Both the position numbers and the translations under genes were made by a program. A model generated the notes under the pieces. That model had not been told where the DNA came from. It worked only from the letters and a program-made list of their open reading frames with translations, and searched no databases. This document shows, piece by piece, positions 1-9,317 of a DNA stretch of 32,834 nt. This DNA comes from a candidate division WOR-3 bacterium (GTDB lineage Bacteria > SDB-A), in assembly GCA_016934535.1 (NCBI GenBank), contig JAFGSQ010000047.1:1-32834 (forward strand). Reading direction: 5' to 3'. Each line of letters starts with the position of its first letter. The first letter of the stretch is position 1.

Positions 1-321
1 GCTGACAAGGGCATCCGTTCCCCAGTCAGGTTGAGGAGTGACAATAGGCTCTTTCCACTGGACAACTATCTCCATGATTCCATCGCCCGTCATCTCTCCG
101 AGGACAGGAAACAGACAAATTGAAGCGTCGTATTTGCCTTCATTCCAGAGATTTTCTATCTCTTCCTTCAAGAGAATATCCTCAGGTGTTGCTCCTTCTA
201 CAAGTAAAATTTCTATCATCGAGTTTTCTTTTTCCTGAATGCTCAAGCCTTCAAGTAAAGTCCAGACGGGCTGAGAACAAGTCACAGATCCGTAGACGAG
301 AAAAAACATCAGGGTCAACAT
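1..321 (-). CDS. Secreted hypothetical protein, N-terminal part only (runs off the left edge; not in the ORF track)
   Basis: ATG at 321-319 preceded by AAGGAG RBS; open frame to the window edge reading MLTLMFFLVYGSVTCSQPVWTLLEGLSIQEKENS...WKEPIVTPQPDWGTDALVS, with a hydrophobic N-terminus. Confidence 0.75.
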   Translation of the reverse strand, partial: MLTLMFFLVYGSVTCSQPVWTLLEGLSIQEKENSMIEILLVEGATPEDILLKEEIENLWNEGKYDASICLFPVLGEMTGDGIMEIVVQWKEPIVTPQPDWGTDALVS

Positions 322-422
322 AGCTTTCTCCTTTGTTGTATTTTTCTCCGCGTCAATCTTGCCAACCAATACATACAGGAGAATTATAATTTCAAGCGTT
401 AAAAAAACATTAAATGGAAAAA

Positions 423-3400
423 TTAAACCAGTTTACAGTTGGAACAGATGCTTGAATAAAGCTCGAGAGTTTCAGGGCTCGGTTCCACTCCGTACTCTTC
501 GTTCAAATATTTTTTTATGAATTCAAAATGTTTTATGGCGCCTACTCTGTCACCCTGTTCATACAAACACCTCATTATAGTCCTGCCGGCTTGCTCGTCA
601 GATGAGTCCATGGTTGTCATTCTCTGAGCAAATTCGAGAGCCTTTTTCAGCTCAACTCTCTGAAGATTTAATTCAGATAGCCACAATAAAATTCCCCTCA
701 TTTGGGTCTGAAGTTCGCGCTGTTTTTCGACGGCTTTTTCAAAATAAAACTCGGGCAGGAAAACTCCTTCGTAAATATCAGCGGCCAGGAGCGCCGACCT
801 TTCTGCGGCGTGAACAAAACCTTTCCTCTTTTGAGATTTCCAGTCTATGACCGCTTTTTCAAACCTGAGAAAATCCACATTCAATTTCTCTTTGTCTAGT
901 TTTACAGCGTCTCCCTCTCTCAAAACAATCTTTTCACCCACGACATTGATGAGTTGATTGAGTGCAACACGAAAATTATTACTTCCCTTTCTTGAATCAG
1001 CGTCGGGCCACAATTCTGATGTCATCATTTCCCTCGTAAAGTTTCCACCTGAAGACGACGACAACATCAGTATAGCGAGAAGTTCTTTTGATTTTGCCAG
1101 TTTCCACTCTTTTGCGGTGACAAAATTCAACTCGCCCGGTCTTTTCACGTACAATCCGCCAAAAGTGAATATTTCTGTTTTCTGGTCAGTGAATTCAGGC
1201 TTATTTTCAGCCGCTTTTTTCAGCGCGTTTTTAAATCCGGCTTTTTTCATCAAAGGTATAAGGTTTTCTACGGCTTTACTGGCTCCCATATTATAAAGCA
1301 CGCCCATTCCTTCTAAAAATATCTTTTCTCCCTTTTTACCCCCGAGTTCCAATCCAAAATCAATGGACAGATATTTGAAAGCAATTTTTTCTTTATGTCT
1401 CAGGGCTAATTCTCTCGTTTTTTTATAACTTTCCAAGGCTTGTGATTTTTTATTTTTTTTCAGCAAAAACAGATTTTTTATCGCGAGCGCTTTTATATAC
1501 CTCGATTTCAGAGCGAGTTTTTTTGTTGTTTTGAGGGCTTCTTCCAGATATTTTTCAGATAAATCGTAATCGCCTTTTTTCAAACATATTAATCCGTTTA
1601 CTGTTAAATAACCGCAGCGCATTCCTTTATCCAAAGCCCCCTGATTTATTCTCTTTATAATCGCATCAGCGCTTTCGATCTCCCCTTTTTCAGCGAGCAG
1701 AATTGCTTTATGAGTTTGTATCGAGGCGCGCAGTCTTGAATTGTCTATTTTTTCCGCCTTCTGCAGAGCGAATTCGTAATATTTTTTAGCCACATCAAAT
1801 TCGCCTAAAATTTCATAACAGTTGCCAACGTAAAAAAGATCGATACCCATAGACTGATCCAGATCGAGTGATTGCGCCTGTTCCAGCGCGACATTAAGAT
1901 TTGAAAGTGCGGAATCAAGCATTCCGAGAGATATTTCAATGAGACCGAGATTGGAATAACACTCGGTAATACAATCGAGAAAGCGGCTTTCTTTGGCTAT
2001 GTTCAAGGCTTTCGTTATATGTTCGCGTGCGTTTTTGTGTTGACCCTTAAGATACATTACCTGTCCTATGTTTGAGAAAGCTTTGTATAAGGATAACGGC
2101 GCGGCGTTTTCAGGTATTTCAGAAATCAGCTTTTTTGACAATTCTTTCGACTCATTCATAAGTCCCATTCTTCTGAGAAACAGACATTTATCAGCTGACA
2201 GCATCCAATGGACTTCTCTTTTTTCTCCGGCAAACGAGAAAGCTTTGTTCAGACATTCTTCAGCCTCCGTGAAATTCTGATCCGAAAGACTGTTGTGAAA
2301 TCTCATACGGCAGTATTTTACCGCTTGTTCTGTAAATCCGTACTTTTCAAGATCCTGCAGAAGTTTTTCAGTGTCAGTTGATTTCGATTCCGCCTTTCCC
2401 AAAACCCAGGCGATGTAACTGAATTCGAATTCGACGAGTGCTTTTTTTTCATCCGGTACATCGGTCTTCGCTGATATCTCTCTTGCGATTTTAATGTTTT
2501 CCCACGCGAGTTTATAATCGTAGTTATGAAAAAATTCCTTGGAAATCTCGTACAAATAAAGCGCCAGCTCTTTTGTTATTTCGTCCTCGGAAAGGTCTTC
2601 AGTCAAATGACGGGAAATTTCTGCTGATTGAGATTTTCTGCTTTTATGGATAGAGGCAAGTCTTCTGTGCGTTTCCCGCCTCGCAGTAATCTTCATCCTC
2701 TCGTATATCAGTTCCCTTACAAGCGGATGTGAAAAAATACCTGAATTTCCTGAGCACGTCAGCAGGTTGAGACGTTGAAGATTTTCGCATATATCAGTGA
2801 ACTGATCCTGAGACATAGTTTTCTGCAGTTCTCTGAGAATAGAAAGATCAAATTTCTCGCCTATAACGGAAGCGCTTTCCAATATCCGTTTTTCCGGAAT
2901 CGATAGATTCGCCAAATGATTTTCTAAAACGCTTTCGAGTGTTTTAGGTATTTGAAAACCCCTGAAATTGTCAGATATGATCCATTCGTTTTTTTCGTCA
3001 TCGAATGAAATGATATTCCTATTGATCATGAATTCGATTATTTTCTCGACAAAAAGAGGATTGCCTCTGGTCACCGAATAAAGCCAATCATTGAAATTGT
3101 TCAAATATATATTTTTGAATTTTTCGTTCAAAAGATTAAGGAGCGCATCTTCAGGTAAATTTTCAAGATCCAGCGGAACAATCACTCTGTCGCGATACAA
3201 TTCTTTTTCCGAACGTCTCAACGATTCGTTGTTTTCATCGGATCGTTCGGCGGCCAGTATTAAAAACGGTATGTCTGCGGTTCTTTTAACCAGATATACA
3301 AAAAGGTCGAGAGATTCCTCGTTCATCCACTGGATATCGTCAAAAATCATAATTAGGGGTTTAAATCTCGAAAGATTAAGAAAAAAACGATGAAATGAAT

Positions 3401-3812
3401 AGTGTAAAGACTTTCGGCTTTTTGTCCTCTCGGAATTTGTCAGTTTTACCGGATAAAGCTCCCTTATTTTCGGGATTATGTAAGCGAGATATCCGGCAAA
3501 ATCAGGATTCAGCAATCTGGGAAGAGTCTGGCGTGGGAATTCCATGCGTTCTATAAAATCCTCAACTATGCTTATAAAAGGCGAATAATCGCTTTTGTCG
3601 TCTTTTATTATTTTTACGCTTAATAAATTCACATTCCGGCTTCTCACGTTTTCCGAAAAATGCTTCAGAAGAGTGGTCTTACCGACGCCGAGTTCGCCTT
3701 TTATCAGGACTGCTTTGCTGTTGCAATTTATGGCTTCTTCGAGACAATTCTCAAGTATGCCAATTTCCTTTTGCCTTCCGACAAAAGGATTTGATAGAGT
3801 CATTTGTTCCAC
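423..3812 (-). CDS. STAND-type AAA ATPase / TPR transcriptional regulator with C-terminal SARP-like wHTH + BTAD domain
   Basis: FVGRQKE, Walker A GELGVGKT, Walker B LIMIFDDIQW, GNPLF, FSHPLVRELIY; TPR-like repeats; C-terminal TREMMTSELWPD...NFRVALNQL and BTAD-like YEGVFLPE...EYGVEPSPET..LY. Start may be the ATG at 3803. Confidence 0.85.
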   Translation of the reverse strand: MEQMTLSNPFVGRQKEIGILENCLEEAINCNSKAVLIKGELGVGKTTLLKHFSENVRSRNVNLLSVKIIKDDKSDYSPFISIVEDFIERMEFPRQTLPRLLNPDFAGYLAYIIPKIRELYPVKLTNSERTKSRKSLHYSFHRFFLNLSRFKPLIMIFDDIQWMNEESLDLFVYLVKRTADIPFLILAAERSDENNESLRRSEKELYRDRVIVPLDLENLPEDALLNLLNEKFKNIYLNNFNDWLYSVTRGNPLFVEKIIEFMINRNIISFDDEKNEWIISDNFRGFQIPKTLESVLENHLANLSIPEKRILESASVIGEKFDLSILRELQKTMSQDQFTDICENLQRLNLLTCSGNSGIFSHPLVRELIYERMKITARRETHRRLASIHKSRKSQSAEISRHLTEDLSEDEITKELALYLYEISKEFFHNYDYKLAWENIKIAREISAKTDVPDEKKALVEFEFSYIAWVLGKAESKSTDTEKLLQDLEKYGFTEQAVKYCRMRFHNSLSDQNFTEAEECLNKAFSFAGEKREVHWMLSADKCLFLRRMGLMNESKELSKKLISEIPENAAPLSLYKAFSNIGQVMYLKGQHKNAREHITKALNIAKESRFLDCITECYSNLGLIEISLGMLDSALSNLNVALEQAQSLDLDQSMGIDLFYVGNCYEILGEFDVAKKYYEFALQKAEKIDNSRLRASIQTHKAILLAEKGEIESADAIIKRINQGALDKGMRCGYLTVNGLICLKKGDYDLSEKYLEEALKTTKKLALKSRYIKALAIKNLFLLKKNKKSQALESYKKTRELALRHKEKIAFKYLSIDFGLELGGKKGEKIFLEGMGVLYNMGASKAVENLIPLMKKAGFKNALKKAAENKPEFTDQKTEIFTFGGLYVKRPGELNFVTAKEWKLAKSKELLAILMLSSSSGGNFTREMMTSELWPDADSRKGSNNFRVALNQLINVVGEKIVLREGDAVKLDKEKLNVDFLRFEKAVIDWKSQKRKGFVHAAERSALLAADIYEGVFLPEFYFEKAVEKQRELQTQMRGILLWLSELNLQRVELKKALEFAQRMTTMDSSDEQAGRTIMRCLYEQGDRVGAIKHFEFIKKYLNEEYGVEPSPETLELYSSICSNCKLV

Positions 3813-4017
3813 AGAATAAAATTATATCTATAAATAACCGGAATGAAAATTAGAAAGAAAAAAATCAATTGGAACATGAACACATCAATATAAGATTGAC
3901 TCGAACTAATTTTAACAAAGAATCCACTAAATATGGACTGATAAAAATTATTAATGTATTGAAATAATCGGTAAAATACTTTACTGTAAATTATAGCCTT
4001 TTATGAATGGAGGACAA

Positions 4018-4215
4018 ATGGAACAGACATGCGAACTTCTTGAAAAATGCGGTTTTTTCCGAAAGTATCAGGATGTTGAAAATGAAATATGCGAGATGCT
4101 CATCGCCGAATATTGCAAGGGATCAATGATGAATGAATGCAAGAGAAAAGAATACAGACAAAAAAACGGGGTTCCACCATCCGACGACATGTTGCCTGAC
4201 GGCGAAATGCTTTGA
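4018..4215 (+). CDS. Small Cys-rich hypothetical protein (65 aa), probable metal binder
   Basis: GGAGG RBS before ATG 4018; CELLEKCGFF...YCKG....CKRK....G.PP.DDMLPDG pattern. Confidence 0.7.
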   Translation: MEQTCELLEKCGFFRKYQDVENEICEMLIAEYCKGSMMNECKRKEYRQKNGVPPSDDMLPDGEML

Positions 4216-4415
4216 TAATATTCTTATTCTGTTAAACTCGCATACTACATAGCACGCTGGTTTTTTTCGATAAATTTAACCAAACCTGTTCTGTTAAGAC
4301 AGAAATTTATTCAGCAAACTCAGATTCCTTCTAAAAGATATTTTTATTGTAAAAAATATAATTCCCTTATATTCTTTTTAAAGCTATTTTTCAAGTGATT
4401 AAATCAAAAAAAACA

Positions 4416-5531
4416 ATGGGAAATAAAATTAAAAAAATCGCTATAATTGCAGGCGCTCGTCCAAACTTTATGAAAATTGGACCCGTTTTGAAAGCCTATG
4501 AATCAGCTACGGATAAAATGCTCTTCGTCCACACCGGTCAGCATTACGATTTCTCCATGAGCGACGTTTTTTTCAAGGAACTCGGCCTCAGAAAACCCGA
4601 TGTTTTTCTTGGAGCCGGAAGCGGCAGTCATGCCCTGCAGTCCGCCAAAGTGATGACCGAATTTGAAAAATGGTGTCTGGAAAACAAACCCGGCAGAGTC
4701 GTCGTAGCCGGCGATGTCAATTCGACCATGGCTTGCTCCATAGTCGCATCCAAACTGGGTATTCCTACAGCCCACATAGAATCCGGACTGAGGTCTTTCG
4801 ACAGAACCATGCCCGAAGAGATAAACAGAATAGTAACTGACCAGCTTTCGGAATTTCTGTTTACAACGAGCAAAGACGCCGAAGAAAACCTCAGAAAAGA
4901 AAACGTCTTCGGGAAGATACATTTCGTCGGTAATTCGATGATAGACTCGTTGTTGTATATTTCGGATAAACTCAACGGACAAACTCTTGACAACATGGGC
5001 TTAAAAAAATTCGAATACTGCCTTGTCACTCTTCACAGACCTTCAAACGTAGATAACAAAGATAATTTAAAAATTGTGACTGAAATACTGGCAAATGTTG
5101 CCGAGATAATCAAAATCATTTTTCCCGTTCATCCGAGAACTTTAAAAAACCTGAAAAATTTCGGATACAAAGAGAAACTCCATAAAAAAGATATATCTCT
5201 CACAGAACCTCTCGGTTACAAAAGCTTCGTAGAACTCGAAAAAAACGCGAAATTCGTCTTAACAGACTCTGGAGGCGTTCAGGAAGAGACGACTTATTTT
5301 AAAGTACCATGTTTGACTCTCAGACCTAATACGGAAAGACCGGTAACTGTGACAGAGGGCACAAACGAACTCGTTCCCCCCGACAAGAACATTATCCGTG
5401 AAAAAGCGTCTCAAATCATCTCTGGAAAATGGAAAAAAGGAACAGTTCCTGAACTCTGGGACGGAAAAGCAGGAGAGAGAATAGCGCAGATTCTCAGGGA
5501 TTGGCAATTAACAATTATCAAGAGACAATAA
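4416..5531 (+). CDS. wecB: UDP-N-acetylglucosamine 2-epimerase (non-hydrolysing)
   Basis: GARPNFMK, HTGQHYD, GDVNST, HIESGLRSFDRTMPEEINR, TDSGGVQEE, TLRPNTERP motifs. Confidence 0.95.
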   Translation: MGNKIKKIAIIAGARPNFMKIGPVLKAYESATDKMLFVHTGQHYDFSMSDVFFKELGLRKPDVFLGAGSGSHALQSAKVMTEFEKWCLENKPGRVVVAGDVNSTMACSIVASKLGIPTAHIESGLRSFDRTMPEEINRIVTDQLSEFLFTTSKDAEENLRKENVFGKIHFVGNSMIDSLLYISDKLNGQTLDNMGLKKFEYCLVTLHRPSNVDNKDNLKIVTEILANVAEIIKIIFPVHPRTLKNLKNFGYKEKLHKKDISLTEPLGYKSFVELEKNAKFVLTDSGGVQEETTYFKVPCLTLRPNTERPVTVTEGTNELVPPDKNIIREKASQIISGKWKKGTVPELWDGKAGERIAQILRDWQLTIIKRQ

Positions 5532-5565
5532 CAATTGAGAAAAAGAAAGTAGTATAATATCAGGC

Positions 5566-5784
5566 ATGATACTCGACAAAGAAAAATACAGGCAATATCT
5601 TGAAAATTCTATAAAAAACGACAATCTAATATACGAGAAGAAACTTGAAATTTTTGAAGAGATGTTCATCTTGTCCAAGGATTTGGGTTTACTCAATAAA
5701 ATTGATCCTCTGGAAGGTACGGAAAAGAACATAAGAATAGCCGGAATATTGAATAGATGTTTAAAAAATAACTCCTCAGATTAG
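5566..5784 (+). CDS. Small hypothetical protein resembling antitoxin-like partners of nucleotidyltransferases
   Basis: 72 aa with C-terminal DPLEGTEKNIRIAGILN motif; TATAAT at 5553-5558 lies 7 nt before the ATG (possibly leaderless). Confidence 0.6.
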   Translation: MILDKEKYRQYLENSIKNDNLIYEKKLEIFEEMFILSKDLGLLNKIDPLEGTEKNIRIAGILNRCLKNNSSD

Positions 5785-5798
5785 TCTATAGTTTTTAG
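5757..5798 (+). pseudogene. Possible 5' remnant of a cognate nucleotidyltransferase gene
   Basis: Overlapping ATG at 5757 reads MFKK*LLRLVYSF*, ending immediately beside the convergent rSAM stop at 5799; the family link is from recall only. Confidence 0.3.
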
Positions 5799-6749
5799 TT
5801 ATACATTACAAGAATACCTGCATGAGCCTAAACACGATTGATAATGACCGCAGGAAATGCAATTTTCGGAATAATTGTCATTTCTAAAACATTTAAGTTC
5901 TTCACACTCAACAATGTCCTTGAAATCATCTTTAAGAATGTTTCCGAGTACTGTTGAGCTTTGCTCGCAAGGCCTGACTCTTCCTTCGAAATCAACCGCG
6001 AATTTGACAACACCGCACAGACACAATGACATTTTAATGTTCCTGAAACCGCTGATGTCCGATTTACACCTCTCGAAAGGCAAGCCGAAAATAACTGGCA
6101 AACCGTATTTTCCCGAAAACTCGTCGGCGATTTTTATCAACTCAAGTTTTTCATCCGTACTTAAAATGAGTTCTTTTTTATTTTTCGCTCCCCTTCCTGT
6201 CGGGGAAAAATAATTTATTGTCGCTGAATCCGCCGAAAAAGCGAAGGCGAAGCTTAGCAGATCGCGGATTTCAAAAAAATTTATCTTCATAGCCGTAATC
6301 GAGACATTTATCCTGAATCCGTGTTTTTTTGAAAGCGCAATGTTGGATTTTACAGCTTCCACTCCATCTTTTCCGCAGATTTGTCTGTATTTTTCTTCTC
6401 TCAAAGTCGGAAGCGATATGTCTATAAGGTCAATTATTTTTGAAGAATTTTTAATTAAAAATTCTTCGCTCAGATTTTTTCCGTTCGTCGCCAGGCTTAC
6501 AAACTTTACTTCAGGCCTGCAGAATTCTATTAGTTCACTGAGACCTGTCTCCAAAAGAGGCTCTCCGCCCGTAAAGCAAATTCCGACCGGTTTGATTTTT
6601 GAAATTATACTTCCAAGGATTTTAAAGCTATTTTCCCGATTGCTTGTTCCAAATGTTTTGTTTTCATGATTTTTCCAGACGTTGTAACAATATATACAGT
6701 CATTGTCGCAATCGGGGGTCGCTTCAAAAACGACAAATAAATCATTCAT
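5799..6749 (-). CDS. Radical SAM protein with SPASM domain (316 aa)
   Basis: CDNDCIYC, FTGGEPLL, ATNG; SPASM CLCG...VDFEGRVRPC...LGNI...CISCGHYQSCLGSC (Cx2Cx5Cx3C). Likely start is ATG 6749, overlapping the upstream TGA (ATGAATGA). Confidence 0.9.
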   Translation of the reverse strand: MNDLFVVFEATPDCDNDCIYCYNVWKNHENKTFGTSNRENSFKILGSIISKIKPVGICFTGGEPLLETGLSELIEFCRPEVKFVSLATNGKNLSEEFLIKNSSKIIDLIDISLPTLREEKYRQICGKDGVEAVKSNIALSKKHGFRINVSITAMKINFFEIRDLLSFAFAFSADSATINYFSPTGRGAKNKKELILSTDEKLELIKIADEFSGKYGLPVIFGLPFERCKSDISGFRNIKMSLCLCGVVKFAVDFEGRVRPCEQSSTVLGNILKDDFKDIVECEELKCFRNDNYSENCISCGHYQSCLGSCRYSCNV

Positions 6750-7602
6750 CCGAGAGCAGGTCTCTGAAAAGCGTGTCCATGAAGGGCAGGATAGTCTCCA
6801 AATAAAGCAAATCGGTTTTCGTCTTTTCATACAGCACATTGTATGAATCAAATACCGAATCACTTATTAAATTTTCATTTCTGAGTGAATCCATTCTTTT
6901 GTATGTCATATCAATGATTTTCAGGACGTCAAAATCTTCGTTTTCAACCCCATAAAGGTCTACCGGAGTTTCCCATCCCCATCTGTTCAATATCTGATGT
7001 GCGGTCTGAATTTTCGAGTATTTTTCAAGTTTTAGAATTATGTTGTCGAGAGCAGAATCAAATTGAGACCCGGAGATTTTTTCTTCGTCAAGGAGTCTGA
7101 AAAGCGTGTCGGTTTTCGCGTCAATGGCTTTAATCAGATTGTCGGAATTTATATCTATGGACGGTACTACCATCCTTGTCATGTATATGTATCCGGACAT
7201 GTATTTTATCCTCGACTCGATCATATTAGACAGCAGTTCAATTTCAAAAGAAGTAATAAGTCCCTCTTTTTCCATATCATTCATTGCATTCAATACTTTG
7301 TCTAAATTTTCTTCATGCGAGGACATATCAATGTATATAAAGCGATCTGCAGCGATTCCTGAATCGGGATGACTGTAATCAATCAGTGCGTCCAATTCCC
7401 TCCACATATTCTTGTATTCATTCCAGCCTTGAGACGACAATATTGAAGCTGCTCGGCTATGGTCATTTCTGTTTTCTCCACGCTTTCCATTACCATCTTC
7501 CGCGCGCTTTAAAGTGCATTTGAAAAGATTTACGGGCGCGGCAACAGCCAAAACAAAAAAACTTGCGAGCATTTCTTTAATAAACTTATTTTTATTCTTC
7601 AA
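6742..7602 (-). CDS. Unknown ~286-aa exported/membrane-anchored protein, paralog 2
   Basis: TTG at 7602 with AGGAG 5 nt upstream removes the 91-nt overlap and gives about the same length as the paralog; hydrophobic N-terminus ending LFKC. Confidence 0.75.
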   Translation of the reverse strand: MKNKNKFIKEMLASFFVLAVAAPVNLFKCTLKRAEDGNGKRGENRNDHSRAASILSSQGWNEYKNMWRELDALIDYSHPDSGIAADRFIYIDMSSHEENLDKVLNAMNDMEKEGLITSFEIELLSNMIESRIKYMSGYIYMTRMVVPSIDINSDNLIKAIDAKTDTLFRLLDEEKISGSQFDSALDNIILKLEKYSKIQTAHQILNRWGWETPVDLYGVENEDFDVLKIIDMTYKRMDSLRNENLISDSVFDSYNVLYEKTKTDLLYLETILPFMDTLFRDLLSDE

Positions 7603-7637
7603 GATATCTCCTGCTTTAATTTTCAACGAAACATGTT

Positions 7638-8495
7638 TTATTCTTCGGTGCAAAGATTTCTGAACAAAGAATCCATGAAAGGCGAGATCGAATCGAAAAC
7701 AGCTATTTCGGTCATGGTTTTCCGGCATTTTGCCTGAAAGCTATCATATTCGGCGAGGGTTATCCGGCCTTCATCAAGCATATTTCCGTATTTCAGCATA
7801 GTAATTTGAATTTCCCGTTCGACGTCAATACTGTCATCCTTTTCAAGGTCGGGATCATATCCGAACCTTTCTTTCCATCCCCAGTTGCGGAGAAAATCAT
7901 AAGCTGTCTGCATTCTGGCATAATCATTGAGATGACAGACTATATTTTCGAGAGCAGAATCGAATTGTCCGTCAGAAACAAGATTTTCCCGTTTCAACTC
8001 TTCAAGCTCGTTTATTCTCGCGTTAATAGTTTGTATCTTTTTGCTCATTTTCACATCTATAAGAGCAGGCATACATCTCGTTAGAAAGATATAGCCGGAT
8101 ATATGCTTGATTTTCGCTTCCGCCATATCCGCCAAAAGTTCTTTCTCGAAAGACGAAAGCAGACCGATTTCCTGAAGATATTCAAGAGAACTTAGCGATG
8201 CCATCAGACTGTCGCTCTGTTCTCTTAAATCTATGAACCTGAACTCTTGTATCAAACCCGTATCATCCGACAATCTGAAACGGGCGATTTCGTCCATCTC
8301 TCTCCATGCCTTTTTGAATCTTTTCCATGAATCCGAGGATGCTATTTCATAAAAACGCCCTCTCCGTTCATTGTTTTCATCGCCGCGTGATTCCTGCGCT
8401 TTTTTGCTGTTGAAGGCACATTTGAAAAACGTCAATGGAAACGAGACAGACATTATCAGTAAATGAGGTATATATTTCCTGTCAAGAATCTTCAT
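7638..8495 (-). CDS. Unknown 285-aa exported/membrane-anchored protein, paralog 1
   Basis: Hydrophobic N-terminus ending FFKC; colinear similarity to 6742..7602 (WRE.D, SFE.ELL, SGYI..TR, QFDSAL.NI, WGW, PFMD.LFR.L). Confidence 0.85.
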   Translation of the reverse strand: MKILDRKYIPHLLIMSVSFPLTFFKCAFNSKKAQESRGDENNERRGRFYEIASSDSWKRFKKAWREMDEIARFRLSDDTGLIQEFRFIDLREQSDSLMASLSSLEYLQEIGLLSSFEKELLADMAEAKIKHISGYIFLTRCMPALIDVKMSKKIQTINARINELEELKRENLVSDGQFDSALENIVCHLNDYARMQTAYDFLRNWGWKERFGYDPDLEKDDSIDVEREIQITMLKYGNMLDEGRITLAEYDSFQAKCRKTMTEIAVFDSISPFMDSLFRNLCTEE

Positions 8496-8504
8496 GCAGT
8501 TTTC

Positions 8505-9284
8505 TCATTCAATCCAGATGAATGTTTCGCCGACTGAGGTTCCGTTTTTATTCATCCGCACGAAATATTTTCCGGTCGGTAACAACCTGCCGCTATTGTC
8601 CCTGGGCTGCCAATAGAATTTGTGCTGACCGGCTTCGAAAAATCCCATGTCGTAATTGACGACGGTTCTGCCTGTGACATCTATTACTTCAATCGAAACG
8701 ATGCCCTCAACCGGCATGAAAAAAGAAATCTCCGCTGGATTCAAAGATCTGTCAAAAAGCATACCCAAAACATCCGGCACGGGGAAAACCTCCGGGTTTT
8801 CCTCCACTGAAACGCTGACACCTGATCTGTATAATATCTGAGAGGTCGTGTTGTATACGACAAATATTCGCTCTCCCAGGAAATAAGAGGTCCAAGCATA
8901 GTAAAAAGAATCAGAATTGTTGAACTCGAGTTGATTGGTGTTGTAGAAAATGTCCCTCAACACTACATAAGAATGGTCGGTTCCGACCGTATCGTACACC
9001 CAGTAAAGCGCTTCAATTTCCTGATCGTCATCGAAATCGCTCGAAACACCGACGATATCCCATGCGTAAACGTTCGAAGGCAGAGGAAGCGTAAAAGTTC
9101 CGAGAATATTGTAACCTGTGTCCATAATTGCGAAAATCGGAGCCACATTCTGCTGGATCACAATCAGAGGATTGGAAGGGAGACCCGTCGGACCGAAAAC
9201 TTTTCTTGCCTGAGTTACCTGAATCTGAGAAAACAGAGGATTTAACGCCGGCAAAAATGAAATCGCCAAAAACATCTTTTTCAT
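8505..9284 (-). CDS. Secreted protein with C-terminal FlgD Ig-like / T9SS-type sorting domain
   Basis: GAGG RBS, ATG 9284 MKKMFLAISFLPALNPLFS signal peptide; C-terminal SVEENP...IDVTGRTV...W.PRDNSGRLLPTGKYFVR. Confidence 0.8.
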   Translation of the reverse strand: MKKMFLAISFLPALNPLFSQIQVTQARKVFGPTGLPSNPLIVIQQNVAPIFAIMDTGYNILGTFTLPLPSNVYAWDIVGVSSDFDDDQEIEALYWVYDTVGTDHSYVVLRDIFYNTNQLEFNNSDSFYYAWTSYFLGERIFVVYNTTSQILYRSGVSVSVEENPEVFPVPDVLGMLFDRSLNPAEISFFMPVEGIVSIEVIDVTGRTVVNYDMGFFEAGQHKFYWQPRDNSGRLLPTGKYFVRMNKNGTSVGETFIWIE

Positions 9285-9317
9285 TTCACACCTCTCTTTG
9301 AAAACAGCCGAAACCAA

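Noticed and set aside
423-3812. Avs/NLR-like anti-phage STAND system
   Set aside because: The effector is a wHTH-BTAD transcription module, not a nuclease/TIR/SIR2 domain, and there is no defence-island context.
6750-6863. Cys-rich N-terminal extension or precursor peptide on the rSAM ORF (MIRYLIHTMCC...)
   Set aside because: It lies entirely within the upstream paralog's coding sequence in another frame; ATG 6749 overlapping the stop is the more plausible start.
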